Virus record (IMG/VR): IMGVR_UViG_3300031576_000001
Location: 124,001-188,000 of that record
Reading direction: 5' to 3' (one strand)
DNA: 64,000 nt
The translations under genes and the position numbers were made by a program. Positions 56,801 to 64,000 of this stretch are shown piece by piece. Under the pieces are notes generated by a model that was not told the origin of the DNA, did no database searches, and saw only the letters and a program-made list of their open reading frames with translations. Every line of letters begins with the position of its first letter. Position 1 is the stretch's first letter.

Positions 56801-58142
56801 AAACTTTGAGGGTCCGTTCTTCTTCATCACGAAGGACGATGACGGTGACAGCACGTTCGTACTCAACGCCAACGCGCTGGACCTCAGCAAGTCTACCCTC
56901 GTACCCATTCCCACCTTTACCGCAGGACGGTACGTTATCGAGGCGAGCATCTTCGGTTTTGACCGTAACTCGTTCAACGTAAACTCAGATTTCCGGCTTG
57001 TCCTCTCGCGAAACCGCACGCTGGCGAACAGCTCTGGACCGCTACGCAGCGCTAATCTGGGCGTTACCCTCCCTGGGGTGACGGCGATACTCCCTGGACC
57101 TTTGGCTGCCTCTGACGGCGTGGTCATCAATTACAGTCGAGCGGCTTACCAGGGCGATGCTTGGGGTAGTGAGACGACTTACACGGACACTGCGCAGCGC
57201 ATGGGACCGCTAAGTTCCGTTGATGCATACCAGCTAAGCGCCACACAACTTGACCAGAACGCCCTGACGCGACCTTACCAGAAGCCCCTAGAGGTTCTCG
57301 CCTCTGTGTCATTCCAGACCACGGCTGGCACGGGTAGGTTGGGGATGGAGGCATCGTCGGGTCTAAATGTGCTGAACATTGGGTACGAAAATCCCGCGGT
57401 CTACCCACCACCCTCCCCCGTGGCGGCCCGTCCGAGGAGCATTCTTGGCGCGCTGGTGGGCATCACTGAGTCCTACGGTACAGACCTGTCAGCGTGTACG
57501 TCCAGGCTACCTCTTGGGGGTCTCTTCCGCGATAAAGACTTCCGGGGTGAGCCGGTAGCCACGGGTAAGTCAGCCTTCGTCGTGGAGCCTGGCGAAACGA
57601 ACCTTGGTCTAGCCTCACTGTCCCCAAGAGGGCGCCAAGAGGTAAGGGAGCTACCTGTGACCCCCGTAACGTCTTGCAGCGGAGAGGCTGGTGACGTGAT
57701 TGTCCACGTTGACGGCGAGCAGTCAAGCTACGTGCCCCTTGTGAACTATCGCACCACGCGGGGGGGCTCTTTGTACAGCGCGACGTTGCCCCGTCCGGGT
57801 GGCGAGGTCTCTGCCAGGATGAGCCAGATCACAACGCCCGTAGCCAACCACCCCAACGTGCTCTCTGTCAAAGCCCTGCTTGTTCGCAACGCTTTGACTC
57901 AGAACGGGTTCGGTGAGGTCTCTTCGGGTGGGGAGCTTATGATGCTCATTGCTACCGAGGTTCACCGGCTGAACGTCTCTGGAATCCTGACCGCTACAGG
58001 GGGCGTGACTATCTCGACCAATGGCACCAAAGAGGGTTACAGCGCCGCTGATCTATACCGGATCGAGGGTCGCCCGCTAGAGTCAGACCACGTAGGGCTC
58101 AGGGTCAACCCCTTTGGTATTACCCTGACAAGGCGTGCATTA
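53823..58142 (+). CDS. large tail fibre/baseplate-attached protein, paralog of 41303
   Basis: 'VVWQADKPPLDSELN' N-terminus; first in-frame TTA 58140-58142 (standard end 58148). Confidence 0.7.
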
Positions 58143-58160
58143 GGCTAAGACTAGCTGACC

Positions 58161-58409
58161 TAAGCCCCCTTTGACCGTGTAGCGTAGAGGGTGGGGCGCT
58201 GTCGCGGGCTGCGTGGGGCTGCGCCCTTCAAGCGAGGCGCACCACGCGAGCGTGACCCGGGCTTCCTCTTCGGAGGGGGCTTCTACCTCGTCGAGATACC
58301 AGAGCTTCTTTAGCCAGGCCGGCGCCCGGTATACCAGGCAGAACAGGTTGTCCCACCACCGGGTATTCTGGTTTGCTGGGTCCACCGTGAAAACGTGCTT
58401 GGTAGCCAT
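58161..58409 (-). CDS. hypothetical protein
   Basis: ATG at 58409 after GAGG; first in-frame TTA 58161-58163. Confidence 0.55.
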
Positions 58410-58420
58410 GAGGTAACCTC

Positions 58421-58720
58421 TCAGGGGGTAACGGTTTTCTTGCTCTGGCGCGGGAGGCTGATACGCCCGACCCCGCGGATCTTGGCGAGCGCCGCACAAG
58501 CCTCTTTGAGGCTGCTGCACTCTTTGACCGCTTTGCAGGCAGTACGGCAGTCGTAGATCGTCCAGGCAATGTACTTGACCGGACCACCGCCCAGCTTAGC
58601 GTGTCCAGACCAGTAACGCCCCACCTCGAAGCTGACCATGTACGCCTGGTCGGCGGTCTTGTACGCCCTCTCCCCCCAGGGGATGAGCTTCTCGGTCTTG
58701 GTGCTGTCGGTGGTGTCCAT
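58421..58720 (-). CDS. hypothetical protein
   Basis: ATG directly after the conserved promoter motif. Confidence 0.65.
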   Translation of the reverse strand: MDTTDSTKTEKLIPWGERAYKTADQAYMVSFEVGRYWSGHAKLGGGPVKYIAWTIYDCRTACKAVKECSSLKEACAALAKIRGVGRISLPRQSKKTVTP

Positions 58721-58723
58721 GCC

Positions 58724-58756
58724 CCCCTCTTACGCTTACCCTAGCTCCGAATTCAC
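58724..58756 (-). promoter_or_regulatory. GTGAAY-N16-YGTAAGAGGGG promoter/RBS motif
   Basis: GTGAAT-16nt-CGTAAGAGGGGGG-C-ATG. Confidence 0.7.
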
Positions 58757-58773
58757 AACTTTTGTTGGGGTCA

Positions 58774-58910
58774 CCTTGTACCCCCGGCGTCTCCATACAC
58801 TTTCACGGTTTCCGTGTTCTGCACACTGGAGTCCCCCTCTAGGGGCTCAGTGATAAAAACATCGTAAAATGTGCCAGGGTCATAGGAGACACCTCCGGTT
58901 TTTCCATACG
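58774..58910 (-). repeat. dispersed ~130-bp intergenic element, copy 4
   Basis: Reverse-strand copy with invariant core; 5' box reads CGTATGGAAA, inverted relative to copy 1. Confidence 0.85.
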
Positions 58911-58912
58911 TC

Positions 58913-59299
58913 CTAGGTAGGCTCACCAAGAGGGTTGCGTTCGTTGTAGAGCCGGCAAGCGGTCTCGTGGGTACAGGGGAGACGTTGCCACCAAAGAACC
59001 CCCTTGTCGGGCACGCTGGTGTACCCCCAGAAGGTGTTCTCTCCCTCGTAGGGGACGGCGGGTACAAGCCAGCCGATCTGGTCACCCTCCCCGCTAGCGT
59101 AGGGGCTACGCCAGCCGGGGTCGTGGCTCTTGGCTTGGGCTTTCTCAGCGCAGAGCGCGCAGAAGAGGTCCGTGTAGTTTGCGCAAGTGTTGTGCTCACG
59201 CCACAGGCGGACGTCCCTCGCGCCGCACCCGTCGCAGGCGTAAGCCTGGGGTGTCGCCGGGTTCTGGTAGCTGAAGTCTCGGAAGTTGCGTTCTGGCAT
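58913..59299 (-). CDS. zinc-binding hypothetical protein
   Basis: CDGC...CALC plus Trp-rich 'GDQIGWLVPAVP...WGYTSVP'. Confidence 0.7.
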   Translation of the reverse strand: MPERNFRDFSYQNPATPQAYACDGCGARDVRLWREHNTCANYTDLFCALCAEKAQAKSHDPGWRSPYASGEGDQIGWLVPAVPYEGENTFWGYTSVPDKGVLWWQRLPCTHETACRLYNERNPLGEPT

Positions 59300-59768
59300 A
59301 GCCCTCAACTACACCGAGGATCTCTTGGGCTGCCGTGATGAGGTCTGAGGTGAGACCTACCCGGGGGTCGGTTTGCAGGAAGTTAGGACTACCTACAAAG
59401 AGGGGTAGGTCATCAATCACCACGTAGGTTTGGCATGGCGTAAGGTGAGCTTGAAGGAACCTGCGGATTTCCTGGGCCTTATTGGGTGTACCTGTGCGTG
59501 GGGTAACGTGGGCTAGTTCCCCGAGAAAGCCGTGGGTTGAGAGCCACCCTTGACACTGCTCGACGGAGAACAGGGGGTACCAGTGAGAGGAGAGCACGAA
59601 CACTACGCCCTCTTGGACGAGACCATTAAGGAGGCACACCTTGGAGGTCATGAGGAGTCGCCCGGGGTAGAAGCTGTCCACGTCCCGCTGGCGACTTTGG
59701 CGGCAAAGGTGCTCCGTGGTGTTGAGCACACCGTCAAAATCCACGAGAACGAAGCGCGGTAGGGTCAT
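59241..59768 (-). CDS. HAD-family phosphoesterase (Swiss-Army-Knife RNA-repair type)
   Basis: DFDGVLN, VLSSHW, K..EI and YVVIDD motifs; first in-frame TTA 59241-59243 (standard end 59196). Confidence 0.75.
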
Positions 59769-59819
59769 GTGGGTTAGACTCCTTCTGTACACCCTCTGAG
59801 AGAGGAAAGGTTACACACG

Positions 59820-59987
59820 ATGATCCATCACATGACACATACCGACGTACCCCTACAGCTACGCCAGCGCACAGCCAAAGAGGCATGTACCAAGCTCAAA
59901 GAGAAGCTAAGTGATCCCACGCTGAGTCAGGCTCAGAGGCGGGTGCTACGGGCTCAGTTGACAAAGATCGAGGAATGGGGTAGCTAA
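59820..59987 (+). CDS. small helical hypothetical protein (55 aa, below ORF-track cutoff)
   Basis: MIHHMTHTDVPLQLRQRTAKEACTKLKEKLSDPTLSQAQRRVLRAQLTKIEEWGS*. Confidence 0.5.
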   Translation: MIHHMTHTDVPLQLRQRTAKEACTKLKEKLSDPTLSQAQRRVLRAQLTKIEEWGS

Positions 59988-60128
59988 ACTATGCCTGCGG
60001 TGATGCCTTCGGGCGTTGAGCACTGCCTCTCGTGCAAAAGGCGTGTCCTGCGTACCTCTACTGAGAGGGGGGTATATCTGGAACCCCCTCTGTCTGAGGC
60101 TCTTATACCTCAGACAGAGGGGAACACC

Positions 60129-60449
60129 ATGGAAGCAGCCTTTAGTATTTTCATGTCCTGGCAGGCGGTCTTTACCTGTCTCGTGGTAGCGGGTCTGACC
60201 TACGTGCTGCGTACCGCCGCCGAGGGTGCCGCCCCTGGGCTAGCGTCCGCCTCTTGGTGGACCAAGGCAGCGGTGCCGCTGGCGCCTCTGTGCAACGGGG
60301 CTCTCCTCGGGGTGGTCCCGGGCTACCCCTGGCCAGAGCAAGTGAGCACGCTGGCAGCCCGTATCTTCTTTGGGTTTGTCTGCGGGATGTTTTCCATGAT
60401 TGTCTACGCAAGGGCGCGTGACTTCATGAAGGGGCAACAAGGCGGCTGA
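60129..60449 (+). CDS. holin-like membrane protein
   Basis: ATG after GAGGGG; three hydrophobic segments and basic C-terminus. Confidence 0.55.
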   Translation: MEAAFSIFMSWQAVFTCLVVAGLTYVLRTAAEGAAPGLASASWWTKAAVPLAPLCNGALLGVVPGYPWPEQVSTLAARIFFGFVCGMFSMIVYARARDFMKGQQGG

Positions 60450-60534
60450 CCGACAAGGTTAGCAGTTGGTAGGAGTTAGCTATGATCAACATAGCAGTCG
60501 GCACTTTGCAACAAGCTGGAGAGTCTTTCTGAGT

Positions 60535-61059
60535 ATGGTCACCTGTGCGGGTATCAAAGAGGCTAGTTTCTGGGTCTTCCGGTGGTTTGTAGCCCCCATC
60601 GTCGCCCTAGGGCTCATTCTCTTGGCGCTGACCTCCTCGGGCTTTGGTAAGACGTTCCCCATCGGGGGCTTGCTTCGCAGGCTCTTCGGCAAAGAGGCTC
60701 CTGAGCGCACCAAGGCTGAGGTCGCCTCGTCCCTTGACCCTGAGAGGGTGGACCCCGCGGGTAACCTCATTCCTCTGGGTACGCCCGACGCCAAGGGGTT
60801 CGCTCAGTTCCCTGTGGTGCCTATCGCAGTGCCCGATGTCTTTGATGACCCGGAGACGGTGACGTTCACCACGCCCGCAGGCGTAATAAAGACTGTGGAC
60901 CTCCCCAAGGGTGTAACCAGCGACAAGGTGGACAAGGTGGACAAGGTGCTTATCATTACCCCAAGTGTCGTCGTGGTGACCGTAAAAGACAGCAGCACAG
61001 TAAAAGCAGCTACCGTTGACGAATTGCTTGAACGCTACAGCAAAGAGGGCGTAGGATAG
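60535..61059 (+). CDS. membrane-anchored hypothetical protein (start uncertain)
   Basis: One transmembrane segment 'FVAPIVALGLILLALT'; follows holin-like gene. Confidence 0.55.
   Translation: MVTCAGIKEASFWVFRWFVAPIVALGLILLALTSSGFGKTFPIGGLLRRLFGKEAPERTKAEVASSLDPERVDPAGNLIPLGTPDAKGFAQFPVVPIAVPDVFDDPETVTFTTPAGVIKTVDLPKGVTSDKVDKVDKVLIITPSVVVVTVKDSSTVKAATVDELLERYSKEGVG
60922..60948 (+). repeat. 9-bp tandem repeat GACAAGGTG x3 (DKV)
   Basis: Directly visible. Confidence 0.9.
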
Positions 61060-61061
61060 CC

Positions 61062-61409
61062 ATGACCACGATAGCTGAACGTGTTGCCAGTCGCGCCGCC
61101 GCCTCTCCGCAGAACGGAGTGCAGTGGGTACGTGATGAGATCCTCATTCAGAAGTGCTCTACGGGGAAGACACCTATCGTCGAGGTCGCGGCGTACTTGC
61201 ACAACATCATCAAGAGCAGCCAAGAGATACACAAGCTGCTTAGTGAGGCTACAAAGAATGCCCAGGATGCCGTGAGTGGTGGCGACACTATCACGGCTCA
61301 GGATTTGGAGAGGGCGATCTACAAAGAGGCTGTGCTGCCGGCGGGGGGTGAAGACCCTCTGGGCAAGCTGCTCGCCAAGGTGATTGCCCATGGGGACTAC
61401 GTTTACTTA
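61062..61409 (+). CDS. hypothetical protein
   Basis: ATG 2 nt after upstream TAG; first in-frame TTA 61407-61409 (standard end 61448). Confidence 0.65.
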
Positions 61410-61996
61410 CCCTTGGCTTTGGAAACGGGCGCAGTCCCCTTCTTGTGACTACGTGCCTTGACGGGTTTGAAGTGCTCAGGGGGTGGCTCCCTGGGTCGCT
61501 TGATCTTGGTGACGGGCTTAGCTGACGGGTCGAGGAGGTTGATTGCCTGGCAGAGGTTCTCTGAGCAAAGACCTAGCGCCGGGTTGACCTTGACGAGGCG
61601 GGGGGCGTAGTCAGGCATGAACTTGAAGACCTCTTCGCTGTCCAGGGCGACCCAAGAGGTTGCGGGGTGCTCAGCGAGGAACCTGCGGATCGTGGTGGCT
61701 TTGGCGGGCTCTAGCTTGTGATTGACCAGGGCAGACACTTCCCCAGTAAAGCCGTGGCTTTTCAGGTGCGTGTTTAGCTGCTCCACGTCATACCGTGCCC
61801 ACCACCGAGAGGTCACCACGACCTTACCCTTACCTACCAAGTAGTTCAGCCTGCGAACTAGAGGAGGGCAGAGGCGTTGAGCAGGTTGTCTCTTGAGCCC
61901 CTCTGGTGACAGCCTCTTGGCTAGGTTGCTCAGGTACACAGGGGTATTCAATACCCCATCCAGTTCTAGGAAGATGAACTTTACGGGCTCCGTCAT
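61403..61996 (-). CDS. degenerate HAD-family (Swiss-Army-Knife type) paralog
   Basis: ELDGVLN (first Asp replaced by Glu), VVTSRW, WVALDS. Confidence 0.7.
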   Translation of the reverse strand: MTEPVKFIFLELDGVLNTPVYLSNLAKRLSPEGLKRQPAQRLCPPLVRRLNYLVGKGKVVVTSRWWARYDVEQLNTHLKSHGFTGEVSALVNHKLEPAKATTIRRFLAEHPATSWVALDSEEVFKFMPDYAPRLVKVNPALGLCSENLCQAINLLDPSAKPVTKIKRPREPPPEHFKPVKARSHKKGTAPVSKAKGK

Positions 61997-62066
61997 GGTT
62001 TTCAGACTCAGAAAGTACACCGAGGTAGCCTCTTCGCCTGAGAGGGGGTAGCCTTAGCCTTTAGCC

Positions 62067-62663
62067 ATGAGATACCGAGTCCTCCTTGCTGTTACCCTCT
62101 TCGCCCCCACCGTGCTCGCCCAAGACCCTGTGCAAACCGAGAACCCCGCGGCTTGTACGTCGGACAGTGTTTGCATACCCAGGGAGGATCTAGCTGTTTT
62201 CGTTCAACTTTTGAAAGAGCGGCAGTGCTTGGTACGCACCAAGCCTGAGATTACCCTCTCGCCCATCCCGCTGGTCATTGACCGACAGGGTAGAGTCTAC
62301 GGAGAGACAAAGACCACCCTACTCATACAATGGTGTAACTTTGAGATTACAGGGGGTGGGCCCGTCAAGATTGACGTGGCGGTACAGGATGAGCCCGTGC
62401 CCCCACCACCCAAGCCGTCCCTCTGGCAGCCCGCGCTAAGGCTAGGCGTGGGCTACACAGTGCAAGCCTCTTGGGATGCTTTCTTGCTAGTCTCCCCTCT
62501 GGCGTACCGGGGCGTGAGTCTCAACGGTCACGCTGGGGTGCGCTCCATAGGTGGCGGTTTGGGCTACGGTGTAACCTCTTACGGAGGCTTTTACGCTGGG
62601 TACAGCTACAGCTACGAGGGTAAGCACGGGGCTACGCTGGGCGTATACGGCCGGCTCTGGTTA
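62067..62663 (+). CDS. secreted / outer-membrane-type protein
   Basis: Signal peptide, Pro linker, amphipathic Gly/Tyr beta strands; ends in Trp at first in-frame TTA 62661-62663 (standard end 62717). Confidence 0.6.
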
Positions 62664-62674
62664 GTCCACCCCGC

Positions 62675-63298
62675 TAAGAGGGTGCTACCGACTAGAAAAG
62701 CGTCTTCACCAAGGTAGCGCTCGTACAAGGCGCTTAGCTCGTCGCAGGTTTGCTGGACTTGACTCTGGTAACTCTCGTCGATGCGACAACCCCAGAGGTA
62801 CAGCGACTTGTAGAGACCGTCCCTTGTCACGTTGTGGAGTGTGTTAGCCAGCGCTCCGTGCCCCAAGGAGTTACCAACCCCACCAAAACCGCGGGTAACC
62901 CCCCTACCCAGCGTCAACTCGCAACGGTACACGGCACCCTCTTTGGTGACCGTCACTTTGGAACCCAGCCTGTCCCTATCGCCCTTAGCCCAGAGGGTAG
63001 CCAGACTTATCGCCAGGTGCTCCATCCCAGGCACGTTTCTCTTTTTGTCCAAGAGAACCCGTCGCAGTCTGTTCCATTGGCTTTCACTGATACGGTCGGA
63101 CCAGAAGTTGTCTGCATAAAACCTGTCCCCCAGGTGCTCAAGGAACGCCTCTCGGTAGGACGCCCCGTTGGTTTTCCGCACCGGACCCTCTGCAAACCGA
63201 GCCGTGAGCGAGAAAAGCCCGTTTCGTTCCTGGCAGGTTAGCTGCCAGTCCCTCTTGACGTTGTTTATCACGATGGCTGTGCTCAAGTAATCCAGCAT
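62675..63298 (-). CDS. hypothetical protein
   Basis: First in-frame TTA 62675-62677 leaves an 11-nt gap to the convergent gene (standard end 62612). Confidence 0.6.
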
Positions 63299-63339
63299 GG
63301 CGTGTGGGGTCTCCAAAAGGGGTTCTGCACGGCTTTGCC

Positions 63340-63657
63340 ATGGTGGTACACCTTTTCCCGGCAGCTAGGGCTGTGCAACGCCGTATCGTAGCAAGATGGG
63401 TAGACAAGGGCACGCGAAAGCTGTCACGAGAGGTATACCGTCGCATCGGGGAAGACCCGCAAAGCGCTCAGTACCTCTCCGGGCTTCTACGGCGTCAAGC
63501 TGGTGACGTAGTGTCACTCCCCCCCTACGACCCCGCCCCGTTCAAGGAGATCGTAGACACTTGCCTCATGGTGACTGACCGTGACCCGGCGCGACTAAGA
63601 GACCTTGGATCAGCCTTGGACAGCCTGGCGCAAGCTGGGGCTAAAGCTACCGGGTGA
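63340..63657 (+). CDS. hypothetical protein
   Basis: Helical ORF filling the gap between flanking genes. Confidence 0.5.
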   Translation: MVVHLFPAARAVQRRIVARWVDKGTRKLSREVYRRIGEDPQSAQYLSGLLRRQAGDVVSLPPYDPAPFKEIVDTCLMVTDRDPARLRDLGSALDSLAQAGAKATG

Positions 63658-63702
63658 CAGCGGTGACGGGTGACAGCACGGTTTGCGGTATCTGCCGCGA
63701 GC

Positions 63703-63981
63703 TAAGCTCCAGATGTAGCTGAGGAGCCGGAAGAACATGCGCGAGACAAAGCCCTCTTCCTCGACGGGGCTTGGCGTCACGGGCGAGGGGGCGTCGTACA
63801 CGACCGGGGGTTCCTCTTCGGGTTCAGTCTGGACGCTGGGTTCCGTGGTCGTCACGCTCGGGGCAACCAAGGTGACGTGGCTCACGTAGAGTTTGCCGTC
63901 CCTACGGACCTCTTTGTTGGACACGGCGGCACCGAGGCGGGTACCGATGATGTGCGGGTGCGTACCGAAATGTGACGCCAT
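63703..63981 (-). CDS. hypothetical protein
   Basis: ATG after GAGGG; Pro/Glu linker and amphipathic C-terminal helix ending at first in-frame TTA 63703-63705 (standard end 63610). Confidence 0.55.
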
Positions 63982-64000
63982 ACCCTCGACCGTGCTACCC

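Noticed and set aside
7062-57965. Numerous antisense and alternate-frame ORFs inside the large genes (e.g. 11856-12764, 13549-14376, 51776-52747)
   Set aside because: Shadow ORFs expected in GC-rich DNA; absence of TTA sense codons also removes antisense TAA stops.
6987-58148. Stop-to-sense recoding (TAG or TGA) as in other large phages
   Set aside because: Long genes are uninterrupted in the standard code, and TAG, TGA and TAA all occur at clean gene ends.
2039-58910. Dispersed element as CRISPR array or IS/MITE
   Set aside because: Copies are not tandem, there are no spacers, no transposase, no target-site duplication, and terminal inverted repeats are not maintained in copies 3 and 4.
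59196-59299. HAD gene end as clean support for TTA-stop
   Set aside because: TTA at 59241 only reduces the overlap with the next gene from 104 to 59 nt; consistent but weak, kept as a partial exception.
29144-62664. TTA ends explained by +1 slip onto TAG (TTAG)
   Set aside because: Many sites are TTAC or TTAT (4788, 6985, 10443, 40600, 43907, 61407), which give no stop in the +1 frame.
1-64000. Bacterial contractile injection system or T6SS locus rather than phage
   Set aside because: Interspersed small phage-type genes, HNH, helicase, long tape measure and absence of host housekeeping or T6SS membrane-complex genes favour a large phage.

Overview
GC-rich segment of a large (jumbo-type) tailed bacteriophage genome with a contractile-tail module on the + strand. 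In order: UvrD-type helicase C-terminus, Zn-finger HNH endonuclease, tail tube, chaperones, tape measure, tube-initiator/lytic hub proteins, gp27-like hub, gp5/VgrG-like spike, gp25-like and baseplate-J wedge, and several very large tail-fibre-like proteins. Islets of small accessory genes interrupt the module. Main observation: TTA behaves as a fourth stop codon. In roughly 16,000 codons of the confident genes scanned by eye I found no internal in-frame TTA. In 18 genes the first in-frame TTA falls at or near the expected gene end: TT-ATG coupling, a short spacer before the next start, resolution of convergent overlaps, and one TAA/TTA triplet ending genes on both strands. TAA, TAG and TGA remain in use. 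CDS ends below use the TTA-stop reading where applicable. Also present: a four-copy ~130-bp dispersed element with an invariant AT-rich core and flippable CCATAC boxes, and a fixed-spacing ECF-like promoter motif on accessory genes. All functional calls come from motif recognition and synteny only; no database searches were run.
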